Assembly (NCBI RefSeq): GCF_009914755.1
Contig: NC_060928.1
From: the human T2T-CHM13v2.0 reference genome, Homo sapiens
Length of the DNA stretch: 64,000 nt
Reading direction: 5' to 3' (one strand)
Shown: positions 46,130-61,318 of the stretch, piece by piece
How the letters are laid out: each line of letters starts with the position of its first letter
Position numbering within the stretch: the first letter of the stretch is position 1
The notes under the pieces: model-generated
Database searches by the model: none
Seen by the model: the letters and a program-made list of their open reading frames with translations, nothing else
What the model was told of the DNA's origin: nothing
Translations under genes and position numbers: made by a program

Positions 46130-47676
46130 TGATACTATAAGGAATAATGAGCCAATATGAAAATAAAGGAAATGGAGCTAGCATTTACTAGAGAAAATGG
46201 CACCTAGAGTTTAGAATGTAAAAGCTTATTTCCTTTATATACTTAGTGTGCGAAGTGAGTATCCTGTATTACAAAACCGTCTCAAGAACTTTATTTGTAT
46301 TCTTTCCAGGATAAATCATGACAAAGAGGTATTTAACAAGAAAACGAAGTCCTGGGTGACTTGTATTAGTGAGACTTTTAATTAAATCTTCCAAATTAAA
46401 TTCTGGAGAGGTATATATAGTATTGAGTAAGTTGTTCCAAAATGCTTGCAATAATATTTATGTCCTACAGGGCTGTGCGTGTAGTAGAGATGCTCTCTCT
46501 TTGTGAAGAAGGCCCTGCATACATTAAACAAGTCCGTAAGTTCAATGGCTCATTGAAAAAGAAAAGTATAACTTGTGAAATACAAATACACTTGTGAAAT
46601 ATGAACACATTTATTCCTTAGCATTACTAATCAAAAGCCTTCATTAGAGGAAAAAAATACTTTTAAAAAATCATAAGATCTTTAGCCACAATTATAACAT
46701 TGTATTAGTAAATTAGTCTTCTCTGCTTGTAAATTTGGCCAATAGCTATGGTCATTACAAATATTTTCAGAAAGGCTTTCATTAGAAACTGAGTAAAGGA
46801 GCCCTTGCCCAATGTAGTAATCTTACCATTAACTTCTTTGTATCCCTACCAGGTGTCACCCCTTGTCAATATTGGCATGGGATGGAGGGGGGAGAAAACA
46901 TACCTGTATCAACTTCAAGAAAAATTGCTAATTAGAGATTCAAGAAAATCTCTAATTAGATAATGGTGATGATGATGATGATGATGGATGGATAGATAGA
47001 TAATTTTAATTAAAATTTTTGTTGAGGGAGAAATTAGAAGTTGTAAAGATGCTTAGTTTGGGAAACAGATAAGACTGAGGTGGTACTTGGTTTATTTATC
47101 TGTTTATTTATACATAGGGTTGAATTTTCTTGTCTTTTTTACAATTTCAACTTCTATTTTAGATACAGGGGGTACATGTGCAGGTTTGCTCCATGGGTAT
47201 ATTACATGATGCTGGGGTTTGAGGCATGGATCCTATCACCCAGGTAATAAGCATAGTACACAATAGGTAGTTTTTTAATCCACAGCCCCTACTCTCTCCC
47301 CGCTTTAGTAGTTCACATTGTCTGTTGTTCCCATGTATTTGTCCACCTGTGCTAAATATTTATAAGTGGGAACATGTGGTATTTGTTTTTTCTCTTCCTG
47401 TGTTAATTCACTCAGGATTATGGACACCAGCTGCATTCATATTGCAGCAAAGGAAATTATTTTGTTCTTTCTGGCTATGTTGTATTCTGTGTTGTATATA
47501 TACCATATATTCTTTATCCAATTCAGCATTAATGGACACCTAGATTGATTCCATGTCTTTGTATTGTGAACAGTGATGAACATGCAATTGCATGGTTTTT
47601 TTTTCTTTTTTCAGTAGAATTATTTCTTTTCCTTTGGGTATATGCCCAGTAATGGAACTCCTGGGTCAAATGGTAG

Positions 47677-47980
<304 letters not shown>

Positions 47981-49250
47981 GGTGGTTCTATTTTAAGTTA
48001 TTTGAGAGATCTCCAAACTCCTTTCAACAGTAGTTGAAGTAATTTACATTTGCACCAACAATGTATATATGTTCCCTTCTCTCCACAGCCTCCTGAGCAT
48101 CTGTTATTTTTTGACTTTTTAGTAATAGCCATTCTGACTGGTGTGACATAACATCTCATTGTGGTTTTGATTTGCATTTCTCTGATGATTAGTGATAATG
48201 AATATTTTTTCATGTTTGTTGGCCACTTATATGTCTTCTTTTGAGAAGCTGCTTTTCATGTTCTTTTCTCATTTTTTTAAATGGGATTATTTGTTTTCTG
48301 CTTGTTATTTTGTTTAAGTTCCTTATAAATTCTGGATATTACTCCTTTGTCAGATGCATACTTTGTGACTATTTTCTCCCGTTCAGTAGAGTGTCTGTTT
48401 ACTCTGTTGCTGGTTTCTTTTCCTGTGCAGAAGCTCTTTTGTTTAGGTCCTACTTGTCAATTTTTGTTTCTGTTGCCATTGCTTTTGAGGACTTAGCCAA
48501 AAATTATTTGCCAAGGCTAAGGCCAATGTCAAGAAGAGAATTTCCTAGGTTTTCTTTTAGGATTTTTATAGATTGAGATCTTACATTTAAATCTTTAATC
48601 TATTTTGAGTTGATTTTTTTTAAGGTGAAAGGAAGGGGTCCAGTTTCAGTCTTCTACATATGGTTAGTCAGTTGCTGAATAGTATGTTCTTGTTTTTGTG
48701 ACCTTGTTGAAGATCTTGTTATTGTAAGTGTGCAGCTTTATTTCTGAGTGTTCTATGCTGTTCCATTGGTCTGTGTGTCTGTTTTTGTACCAGAACCATG
48801 CTTTTTTGGTTACTGTAGCTTTACAGTATAATTTGAAGTTGGGTAGTATGATGCCTTTGGCTTTGTTACTTTTGCTTAGGATTGCTTTGGCTATTTGGGC
48901 TCTTTTTTGGTTCCATAAAATTTAGAATAGATTTTTTCTAATTCTGTGAAAAATAACATTGGTGGTTTGATAGGAAATGCACTGAATCTGTAGATCACTT
49001 TGGTCAGTATGGCCATTTTAATGATAATCATTCTTCCAATCCATCAGCATGGTTTATTCTTTCATTTATTCATGTCATAAGTGATTTCATTTAGCAGTGT
49101 TTTGTAGTACTCCTTGTAGAGATCTTTCACCTCCTTGATTAGCTATATTACTAAGCATTTCATTTTATTGATGGCTATGTAAATGGGATTGCATTCTTGA
49201 TTTGATGCTCAGCCTGGATGTTGTTGCTGGATAGAAATGCTAGTGATTTT

Positions 49251-49555
<305 letters not shown>

Positions 49556-52500
49556 TGCTACTGATTTTAGTACATTGACGATGTATCCTGAAATTTTACT
49601 AAAGTCATTTATTAGTTCTAGGAGCCTTTTGTCAGAGTCTTTAGGGTTTATAGGTATAGAATCACACAGTCCTCAAAGAGAGATAGTTTGACTTCATCTT
49701 TTCCTATCTGGATACCTTTTATTTCTTTCTTTTGCCTGATTAGTCTGTGTAGGACTTACAGTACTGTGTTGAATAGGAATGGTGAAAGTGGTCATCTTTG
49801 TCTTGTTCCACTTCTCAGGGGGAATGATTCTAGCTTTTGCCCATTCAGTACAATGTTGACCATGAGTTTGTCATAGATGACTTTTATTTTGAGGTGTTCC
49901 TTCAGTGCCTAGTTTGTAGAGAGTTTTTATCATGAAGGGATGTTGTATTTTATTGGAAGTTTTCTATGTTTATTTCGATGATCATATGGATTTTAAATTA
50001 TGTTTATGTGGTAAATCACATTTATTGATTTGTTTATGTTGATCCAGTCTTTGTTGCGGATTTTTGCATTGATATTCTTCAGAGATATTCATCAGAGATA
50101 TTCATCAGAGATATTTATCAGAGATAAAAGAAAAAAAAATTCTTTTTTATTGTGTCTGCCAGGTTTTGGTATTGGGCTGATTCCAGCTCATAGAATGAGT
50201 TAGGGAGGAGTCCCTCCTCCTTGATATTTTTGAATAGTTTCAGTAGGATTGGTACTAGTTCGTTCTTGTATGCCTGGTAGAATTCAGCTGTGACTTCAGG
50301 GTCCAGGGCTTTTTGTGTATGTGTTGGTATATTTTTTATTACTGATTCAATTTCAGAACTTGATATTGGTCTATTTGGGGTTTCCATTTTTTCCTCATTC
50401 AACTTTGGAAGATTGTGTGTTTCCAGGAATTTATCTCTTTCCTTTAGATTTTCTAATGTGTGTGCATAGATTTGCCCATAGTAGTCTCTGAGGATCTTTT
50501 GTATTTCTATAGGTTTAGTTGTAATGTCATCTTTGTCATTTCTAATTTTGTTTGGGTGTTCTCACCCATGCCCACTCCCCCTTTTTTTTTTTTGCTCTTA
50601 ATCTAGCCAGTGATCTGTCAATCTTGTTTTTTTTTTTTTTATTTCATGGAACCAACTCTTGGTTTCATCGATCTTTTGTATGGACTTTTGCATCTCAATT
50701 TTGCTCAGTTCTTCTCTAATTTTAGTTATTTCTTTTCTTCTAATAGCTTTGGGATTGGATGTTCTTTTGTTGTTCTTATTCTGGTTCTTTTAGGTGCAAG
50801 GTAAGGTTGCTAATTTGAGATCTCTCTACCTTCTTGGTGAAGGTGTTTGGTGCTATAAACTGTCCTCTTAACACTGCTTTCATCGCATCCCAGAGATTTT
50901 GGTAAGTTGCATCTCTATTTTCATTAGCTTCAAATAATTTTTTGATTTATGCCTTAATTTTGATGTTCACCCAGGAGTTATTCAGGAGCAAGTTGTTTAA
51001 TTTCCATGTAATTGTGTAGTTTTCAGATATCTTCTTGATTTTGATTTCTGTATTTATTGTACCATGGCCTGAGAGTATGCTTGGTATGACTTTGATTTTT
51101 TTTAAAATGTATTGAGACTTTCTTTATGACCAAACATTTGATCAGTCTTAGAATATGTTCCATATGCAGATGAGAAGAATGTATATCCTATGGTTATTGG
51201 GTGTAGTGTTCTGTAGATTTCTTATTAAGTCCAATTGGTAAAATGCCAAGTTTAAGTCTAGAATCTCTTTGTTAGGTTTCTGCCTCAATGATCTATCTAA
51301 TGATATCAGTGTGGTGTTGAAGTCTCCCACTATTAAGTGGCTATTTCTTTTCATAGGTCAAGAAGGATTTGTTTTATTAATCTTGGTGCCCCAATGTTGG
51401 GTGCAGATATATTTAAGATAGTTAAATCTTGTTGGATTGTACCTTTTATCATTACGCGATGCCCTTCTTTGTCCTTCTTAATTGTTATTGGTTTATAGTC
51501 TATTTCATCTGATATAAGAATAGTGACCCTTGCTCTTTTTGTTTTCCATATGTATGATACATCTTTCTCCATCCCTTTACTTTGAGCCTGTGGGTGTCAT
51601 TACATGTAAGGTGAACCTTTTGAAGACAGAAAATGGTTGGGTGTTACCTTTTTTATCCAGTTTGCCACTCTGTGTCTTTTAAGTGGGGCATTTTGGCCAT
51701 TTACTTTCAGGGTTAGTATTTATATGTAAAGTTTTGATCCTGTCACCATGTTGTTAGCTGGTTGATTGTAGAGTTGTTGCTTTATAGTGTCTGTGGGCTA
51801 TGTACTTAATTGTGTTTGTTTGGTAGCAGGTGTTGTTCTATTGGTTCCACATTTAGCATTCTCTTAAGGACTTCTCGTAAGGCTAGTCTAGTTGAAATGA
51901 ATTCCCTCAGGATTTGCTTGTCTAAAAAGGATTTATTTCTGCTTCCCTTATGAAGCTTAGTTTGGTGGGATATAAAATTCTTGGTTGAAATTTCTTTTCT
52001 TTAAGGATGCTGAAAATGGACCCCCAATCTCTTCTGGCTTGTAAAGTTTTTGATGAAGAGTCCACTGCTAGCCTGACAGGGTTCCCTCTATATGTGATCT
52101 GACCCTTCTCTATATCTGCCTTTAAGATTTTTTTATTTGACATTGAGCTTGGGGAATCCAATTACTATGTGCCTTGGGAATGGTCATCTTATATAGTATC
52201 TAGCCTGGGTTTTCTGTATTTCTTGAATTTGCAACCTCTCTAACAAGATTAGGGCAATTTTTGTGCACTATATCCTCAAGTATATTTTCCAAGTTGCTTA
52301 TTCTCTGTCCTTCTGTCTCAGGAATGCCAATGAGCCATAGATTTGGTCTTTTTGTGTAACTCCATATTTCCAGAAGTTTTGTTCATTTAAACAATTTTTT
52401 TTTCTTTATTTTTGTCTGAGTTGATTCAAAGAACCAGTGTTTGGGCTCTGAGATTCTTTCTACAGGTTGATCTATTCTTCTGTTAATATTTTGATTGTAT

Positions 52501-55500
52501 TATGAAATTCTTGTGAATTTTTCAGCTCCAGAAGTTCAGTTTGGGTCTTTCTTAAAATGGCTATTTCATCTTGCAGCTCTTGGATTATTTTACTGGATTT
52601 GTTGGATTGGTTTTCAACTTTCTTCTGAATGTCGATAGCTTCCTTGCCATCCAGATTCTAAACTCTATGTCTGTCATTTCAGAGTGGTTAAGAACCATTG
52701 TCAGAGACTAGTGGAATCATTTGGAAGTGAGGGGACACTCTTGCTTTTTGAATTGTCAGAGTTCTGGTGCTGATTCTTTCTCACCTGGGAGGGTTAGTGT
52801 TTCTTTAACTGTGGTAAAGTTGAGTATAGTCAATTGTATTCATTTCTGGATATTTTCAAGTGGCCAACCCTCTGCACAGGGTCTTTATTTGTGGCTGAAC
52901 TCTTGCCCATTGTTTCATAGGGGAGTATATAAGCAAAATATTTTTGGTGTTGTAGCTTGGACTGTGATCCAGTAGATGGCAATTAAGAGTAATGTCCAGT
53001 AAATAGGCTCAAACTTGGCAGCTGGGCTGCTCCTCTGTCTTTCCTCACATTTATTGCTGTGCTCTGCAGTGCTGGGAGTAGAGAAGTGACCCCCATTTCC
53101 ATGTCCACTCCTGGGCCTTGGGGGAGCACCCTCCAATCACTGGCACTGCATCAACATTTCTTTTGTTAGGTGTTCTGGGATGCAGGGCTCACCTGGGCAG
53201 AGGCTGCGGCAAAGAAATAGGCCACATCCTTTCCCAACTGGCCCCGTGAAGGAGTCATGACTCACTCTCCTGCCAGCCCACAGACCCCCATGTCTCACTG
53301 CCTCAGTCTCTGAGAGTGTGGGTTCCTCCCCGGCTCAAGTCTCAGCCACACATCTCAGCTTAGCAGTCTCAAGCTGCATGCTACAGCCCTGGGGCACAGG
53401 GACCTGCTGGTGGCTCCATCCTGTGTACCTGGGGTTGGGCACCAGGTGTGCTGGGAGGTCCAAAGTGCTCCCAGGCCACTAGAAACATACTCAGGTGGAG
53501 CAAAACACCAGCCAGGTCAACAACAGCTGCTCTATGCACACACTCCTGTTGGGTAGCCAGGCAAGGGCCCTGGGAGAGGCTGGCGAGCAGGAGGGCCTGC
53601 AGAACAGGGAAGCTGGCCCCACTTTCTCCTGGCCTGGCATCTAGCTGGGGCTAGAGATTCTTAGAGGGAGATGGAAAGCCCAGGGGGCATGGGTGCCTAT
53701 GGCCGCTAGGTGCATCAAGGCCCGTGGCTCCACGCCTGCTGAAGCCCTGTCTCTGCCTACTCTCCAGGCAGATTTGCCTCCCAACTCAAATGTTTATGGG
53801 GTACCTGGGGTGCCCTGTGGCTAGAATCCCAGAGGACCATGGTGAGAGTCATACAGTTCCTTCACCCACTCCTTCCCCAGGAGCCTTTCAGGGCCAGGAA
53901 CTAGCCCTAGCATTTGAGTACCCCACGGATGGTTCACAGCTTCCTACCTCTTCAGCTTCAGTGTCTGCATTGCATCTCCGTCTACTCCTAGCATTTTCGT
54001 TATGAAAATCTATTCAAATTATGTTGTTTACTCAAAATTTTGGTCTTTCTTGGTGGGAGCAGCACTTTCTTGTGCATCTAGTCAGCCATCTTGTCCCTTC
54101 TCTTCGGCTCTTCTTTAATTTCAGAGAAACTACGGGATTGTTCAAGTGGGAAAGAACCACTGGTGTTAAGGCAGGAGAAACTTGTAAATCAGCTAGGTGG
54201 TGCCGGAAGAACACGGGATTTGGAATCAGTCTGCCACTGGCATATATCAAAAATTCACTCATCAGCCAAACGTAAGCTCTAGTGGAGTAGGACCTTTATC
54301 TGTCCTATTCACCACGGTATACCAAGCATCTAGAGAAGCACAATCACTTTTTGAATGAATGGATAAAACCTTTAGTATTGTTATTAACAAGTATTAATAG
54401 TACTAGTAGCATTAATTTTTATAATCTCTAAATGACTAGAAAATGTTTCTATTGTTTGCAAACATGGAGAAAAAAAAGCTTCTCATCCTTGAAGACACTG
54501 TCCCTGACTTTCCCTCGGCCCCTCCACCCTCTGTGTGTGTGTGTGTATATGTGTTTTACATAACAGATATATACATGTATACATATATTTATTGATACAT
54601 AACTGTGTTTTCTCAGGTTAAGTTTCAGGCTACAAAGAGTATGTTGGGCAAGTATATGAAAATATTAAAGAGTTTCCTTTCCTAATTATATCAATGGATC
54701 TTCATCTTGATATTGCTTTTTAGCTATGACGCTCTTGTCTTAAATAAAACTCCTCAAATAACAAGTCAGACCCACATGCCATACCTGAGTTATCAATTTC
54801 ACACAAGATATTAATGGTAATAATTAAATGCAAGTGCAACTGTTAGCTCAATTACGACAACAACAATTAAAGTGGAGGTAAAATGATATGCATAACACTC
54901 CAAGGTGTATTTTAGGCAAAATCTTCAGATTTTTTGTTTGGGATTTTAGTAGAAGAATTCAAATACCCAGACTTCATCTCAACTGGAAGATCTTAATGTT
55001 GTATATGCGTATTTTAGCTTATCTATTCTGAATTATTTCTGTGAAAAGTAAAGCAAAATAATGTTTTGGTTCCTGCATTTAGCCATCTCTACATAAAAAA
55101 TTAAGTGATGCTGACACACAACTATGTAAGTTCTCTGCTACTTTCTAAAGACCATGGTTCATATTCTCCTAGATCATGGCATGTGCCCAATAAAGACAGG
55201 GTTTGCCTTCACCTAACATGTTTGCCTGTTACATGGGTATGGGGAAGGTTTAGCTAACTCCTGGTTCATTTATCTCAGTGAAAGAGATTAAAAATAAAAA
55301 TATATTCCATCATAATAAGAATGCTCAATCATATCATAGATGGAAAAAAATCAAATTATTGTGGGAGGTCTCTTTGTAAACTAGCAACCTTCTATTTTGA
55401 GCTGGCAACCCCATTGTCATAGCAAATGTGATTATCAATGAAGGATTTGTACTCAATTTGATTGTCACTGACCCTGAAATATTGAAATTAATATGTTAAA

Positions 55501-55977
55501 AGTCTGAAGCTAAATAACTCACACCTAAGTCACTTGATGAGTTATAATAGCAGGAAGTCAAATAAATTAGAGATGAATGTTTTCAAATTAACTAATATGA
55601 GTTAATATTCATTAGAGTAAATTAATTTAATTTCCTCTTAGTTGAATTTGAATAACAGCAAATTAATTAGTGTAATATACTATGCAGTGTTTGTTACTTC
55701 CTATCTCAAATCCACAGTACATATGGTACCCAATAGCAAATACAATTCCATAGAGGACATGTACTGATATAGTATAACTTGAATTTATTTTCCTGAAGGA
55801 AATATATTGACAATGTTACAAATAATTTAAGGCAGCCAGAGGTATGAGCAGATTCCTTTCATCTATGTTTAGCCATACACAGATAAATGAGAATATAGTA
55901 TTTTGTAGATAGACCAACTTTTTCATTATTTTAATCTCTCAGAATATATGAACTAGATTGGGAGTGCTGGGTCTCAT

Positions 55978-56237
55978 TTAGGATCCAACAGCTTTTATTT
56001 TTATTAAAAGTGAGTTCTAAAATGCCCTATTTTTAAATTCCTAAAATTAAATACATATTGAATGTATTTATTTCTTCCTGCTTCATCATCAGCTTTTATT
56101 AGTGTTTTATTAGGATCCAACAGCTTTTATTTTTATTAAAAGTGAGTTCTAAAATGCCCTATTTTTAAATTCCTAAAAGTAAATACATATTGAATGTATT
56201 TATTTCTTCCTGCTTCATCATCAACTTTTATTAGTGT
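55978..56237. repeat. Tandem duplication, period 132 bp, 2 copies
   Basis: 55978-56105 and 56110-56237 are identical except at 2 positions. Confidence 0.97.
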
Positions 56238-57173
56238 CTAACATTCAGATTGGTAACTTGAATAATGGGGAGAAAAGATATTTACACAATATTTTTACCA
56301 TCAGAATAAGGAAAAGGTAGATGTTTATTCAGGAAATATACAATCCTATCTAGAATTCAATAAGCAGAATGATTTACCTGAGTCATTTCAGATTCATGAA
56401 TTGTTTCCTTCCTTTTGTTAGCGTATTTCCATTTTCATTTTTAATGCCTGTAATGCTTTTGTATTATTTTAAGATAAGTTGAATGCCCTGTTATACATCT
56501 TAAGTTTTACATCAAATGGCAATTTAGTTTGCTGAAGTTGTCTCACAGACATAACATTCTTTCAACCTAACTCACAACTGGATTGTGCTTATTGTGAATA
56601 AAAGTACCCAACAAATCATGTTCATAGCTAAATCTGGGGCAGCACTTTCAACTGAGTAGAGGGAGAAGATGCCAGAGTTCCTTGCTGACTTATATGAAAG
56701 GACACCATGCAGAAATGGTGAGATAAAGGGAACATTGATCAACTTGTTGAGGATGGCCCTGTCTTGTCAGTGGAAAAAAGAGGCATTGAAAGGGATGAGT
56801 AATGACAGAAGCTTTTTTCCTAGTAGGATGCATATGGAGTGATAGTGGGATATAATCGTGAGCAATAATATCGGAGGATAATGAATGTGCCACAGTTGAA
56901 ACTATAAGAAAAATCCCCTTTTAGTTTTAGAAAATCACTGGACCAACGATCAGCTAGTGAGGAAAGGGTCTCATGGTTTTGTGTTGTTTTCCATTAGTCA
57001 ACTGGCATGCATTTATGCTGTCAGCAAAATTATTTATATTATTATTTATAGAGAGAATTACTTTGTCCTTAGCACTGGACTACATTCTAAAGAAGTTATG
57101 AAGAATAATGTAATGCTGTTTTGATACTCAAGGAGCTTAACTATCTAGTTGTGCACAGATAATGTGTCTGCAT

Positions 57174-57381
57174 AGTTTGCTGAGAATGATGGTTTCCAGT
57201 TTCATCCATGTCCCCACAAAGGACATGAACTCATCATTTTTTATGGCTGCATAGTATTCCATGGTGTATATGTGCCACATTTTCTTAATCCAGCCTATCG
57301 TTGTTGGACATATGTAACAAACCTGCACGTTGTGCACATGTACCCTAAAACTTAAAGTATAATAATAATAAATTTTAAAAA
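57174..57381 (+). mobile_element. Short 5'-inverted (twin-primed) L1PA4-like insertion
   Basis: Antisense L1 piece 57174-57311 joined to a sense L1 3' end 57308-57372; TSD aatgtgtctgcat (57161-57173) / aatatgtctgcat (57382-57394). Confidence 0.9.
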
Positions 57382-58424
57382 AATATGTCTGCATAAAACC
57401 AGTGAACATACTTACAATAACATACTGCTGGCAGTAAGCTCAGCTGTGTAGCAGATAGTGAATAGGATAATATAGTTCTATTAATATGTTCTAGAAGACA
57501 GGTTAACATACTAAATGAAATGGAAGTCAATTGGGCTGTTTCTGAGGAAAAAAGTGAAGAAGGTAGAGGCTGAACTTTTAGGAATCAGAACACACTTGGA
57601 AGGACACTCCAGGTTAAGTGATGAGCATAAGAAAAACTCAGGAAGTGGAAACGGATGTTTCTGTGTGAGGTGGAGGAAGGGAGACAGGCAGGAAAGGGAA
57701 GCCTGCCTTGACCAGAGGTGAAGGGAGGTGTCAGAGAGTCATTAAAATTAAAGTTAGGGGCACCCAATTTGAAAAAGCTACAAAAACTTCATAGAAATAC
57801 TGAGTCCATTTTCATTTCATGTTCATTGTTTAATCTTGAAATATTTTCTTAGGCAAACATATACTATTATTTGTAAAGCAAGATTAAGCAAGAAGTGTGT
57901 ATTTGAGGGGAGTGTGGGAGAGGAAGGGAGAAGTGGGAAGGAAGACTAGCCAGCAGTATCTACTTACACAAGCACCCACTAAAACTTTGTTAAGGCTTTG
58001 TCCATTGTGACAATGTATGACAAAATTAAATTAGTTCAGGTATACAGATATTTCAACATTGTTATCAGTTTGGAGCTTGGCTTCTTACCAGAGCAGCTTC
58101 ATTTTTAGTCATTTGATGGACTGCTGGACCCATGGAAGGTTGGCAGGGTTTCTGTGACTGTCTGCCTGGGGAGGAAAGAGTGGGAGCTGGGGGACTAAGT
58201 GTAAGTAAACTCTGCAAGTGTATCTATAGAATATAGAAAGTGGGCAGATCCAGAAATTCTTCAGAGAGATCATTAACATGATTTTGTGGGATTCTTTGAA
58301 TGTTAAATGCCTCAACATTTGGGAGGCACTATAAATTGTATTTGAACATGGAACTTCTCTATATAACATCTTTCCTGGCTTCATAGGCTCACATTTGTAA
58401 AGTTTCAACACTTAACATTGTAGT

Positions 58425-58972
58425 GGTCTGTTAATCTCTTCCTGCTGCCTTAGCAAAATATCATAGACCAGGTGGCTCAAACAACAGACATTTATTTTCT
58501 CACAGTTCTGGAAGCTAAAAGTCTGAAACCAGGGCGCCAACATGGTTGGGTTCTGGCGAGGGCTTCTTCCTGGCTTCCACATAGCACGTTCATAGTTTGT
58601 CCTCCCATGACAAAGAGCGACCTAGCAAGGACACTCTTTGATATAGTTTGGATATTTGTCCTCACCCAAATCTCATGTTAAGTTGTAACCCCAATGCTGG
58701 AGGTGGGGCTGGGCAGGAAGTGTTTGAGTCATGAGGGTAGGTCCCTCATAGCCGGTGCTGTCTTTGTGATAGTGAGTTCTCCTGTGACCTGGTCATTGAA
58801 ATGTGTGTGGTACCACCACCCCCCACTTGCTCCTCCTTTGACCATGTCACCATGACATCCCTTATGACCTCATCTAAAAACCTCCTAAAGACCCCATCTC
58901 TAATTACCATTACTTTGGGGATTAGGACTTCAACATATGAATTCTGGGGAGACACAAATATTCAGCCCATAA
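58425..58972 (-). mobile_element. MLT1A-like LTR containing a truncated MST LTR (58639-58847, opposite orientation)
   Basis: MLT1 motifs on both sides; tgatatagtttggatatttgtcc..caaatctcatgtt is the MST LTR start. Confidence 0.75.
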
Positions 58973-59183
58973 GTGGATATTTTTGGTTGCATCCTTGTCC
59001 CATCTATTCTTTGCTTTTTCCCTTACAAACATGATCCTATGATGGATATAGAGAAAGATTTGAATCAGAGACTACAGCAGTATATGTCATTTTATTCTTG
59101 GCACCTCCTTGTTAATCTTCTTCCTAGATATGCAGAAGGAAATCAAACTGATGAGTGTCCATTAAAAATTTCATTTTTCAAAC

Positions 59184-59485
<302 letters not shown>

Positions 59486-59489
59486 TTAC

Positions 59490-59785
59490 TTTTCAGAGAG
59501 ATATCCTTACCACCCTATTTAAAACTGTTAACCAACACCCTCCCCACCCCGCTATAACTCCTGACTTCACTTTCTCTACTGATTTTTCTTTTCTGAATAG
59601 TCATTATCATCTTCTAAGGTAGTACATAATGTATTCATTTTGTGTATTGTTTATTGTCTGTCTCCCATTAAGTATACGATCCACTAGGACTGAGATCTTT
59701 ATTTTGTTCACTGATGTATCCAAAGTACCTAGAATAGTGCCTGGCCCATAGTAGGCATTTAATATATATTGTTGAGTGAATAAAA
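59490..59785 (+). mobile_element. L2a 3' end
   Basis: ttgttcactgatgtatccaaagtacctagaatagtgcctggcccatagtaggcatttaatatatattgttgagtgaat. Confidence 0.8.
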
Positions 59786-59979
59786 GCACAGCTACAAAGT
59801 TATCTATAGAAAAATATTACATTTATCCATTAAAAATTAATAATATTAAGGAAACACTATGTTACACAAGCTGGATTGAGATTTTAAAACTCATACTTAG
59901 CAATGATTTTTACTTTCCTGAGGAGATCACACAGTAGAGGTAATAAGTGACCAGTACATCTGTTTTGAAGATAGAGCTG

Positions 59980-60290
59980 AGCCGGGCATGGTGCCTCACA
60001 CCTGTAATCCCAGCAGTTTGGGAGGCAGAGGTGGGTGAATCACCTGAGGTCAGGAGTTTGAGATCAGCCTGGCCAACATGGTGAAACCCCATCTCTACTA
60101 AAAATATAAAAATTAGCCAGGTGTAAGGATGGGTGCCTGTAATCCCAGCTACTGGGGAGGCTGAGGCAGGTAGAATTGCTTGAACCCGGGAGGTGGAAGT
60201 TGCAGTGAGCCAAGATCATGCCACTGCACACCTGCCTGGGGGAAAGAGTGAGATTCTGTCTAAAAAAAAAAAAAAAAAAAGAAGAAGAAA
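59980..60290 (+). mobile_element. AluSx-like
   Basis: cacctgaggtcaggagtttgag; A-rich tail. Confidence 0.9.
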
Positions 60291-61139
60291 ATGGAGCCAA
60301 CAGGAGTTGCTAATGCAGCTGACGTGGTGCAAAAGAGGAAAGTCAAACGTAACTTCAAGATTTTTGGCTGAATACCCTGAAAGACAAAATTGCCATCAAT
60401 GGAGATAGGAAGGATTACAGGGGAAGCCAGCTGATGGGTGGTGGTAATGGTGGTTGGGGAGGTGGTGGTTAAAGAGCTTAGTTCTGTTTGTGGTCACTTA
60501 ATGTTGTGTGTTAGATATCCAAGTAGAGAAAGAGCAGTATATATGAATAACAAATCAAAGTTAGAAGTCTGAGCTTGAAACGTGAACTTATACTGACTCC
60601 ACTAAAAAGACTCTTTTATTATGAAGAGTTTGATGTAAAGTAGACATGGTGAATGTAAGATATCACTAGAGAAAAAAATGGAAAATCACTCTATTTTTGA
60701 AATTTATCTGGTATATTTTCCTTTATATAGTATCTTCCAGCAGGCAAAACAAAAATAAAATATCTCTCTTTGTTTGTTTCACACTGTTGTATTTTTTATG
60801 TAGACATAATTTCCAATATTTATTCCTTGAGAAATCCTTCCCCTTGGAAATTCATGAATTAAGATGATCTGGAATTGGAAGAAATATTTCATTATAAGAA
60901 ATAAAGTGAATAACTTTTGGGTATTTCATTAGTCTCTCTGTCATTATAATTACAGAATTTTTAAAGAAAAGGTTTATAGGAAAGGAGATGTGATAGTAAC
61001 CACTTGCTATTATCTCTCCCTCCATCAGCTACTTATATTTCTTCTTGCGTATGGCCACACTAGACATAAAACACATTTTATCTTCCTAATCACATTATCG
61101 ATTTATTATATTCCTTGCCTCATAGCCTTTTGTTTTGTT

Positions 61140-61318
61140 TTAATCTTTTATTTCAATAATTTTTGCGTACAGGCAGGTTTTGGTTACATGGGTAAGTTCT
61201 TTAGTGGTGATTTCTGAGATTTTAGTGCACCCATCACCTGAGCGCTGTACACTGCACCCAATATATCTTCTTTTTTCCCTCACCCATCTCCCAACATTTC
61301 CCACCCTGAGTACCCAAT
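61140..61318 (-). mobile_element. L1PB-like 3' fragment
   Basis: ttttatttcaata..caggttttggttacatgggtaagttctttagtggtgatttctgagattttagtgcaccc. Confidence 0.8.

Noticed and set aside
55978-56237. CRISPR-like or regularly spaced array
   Set aside because: Only two adjacent copies with no unique spacers, in a human context.
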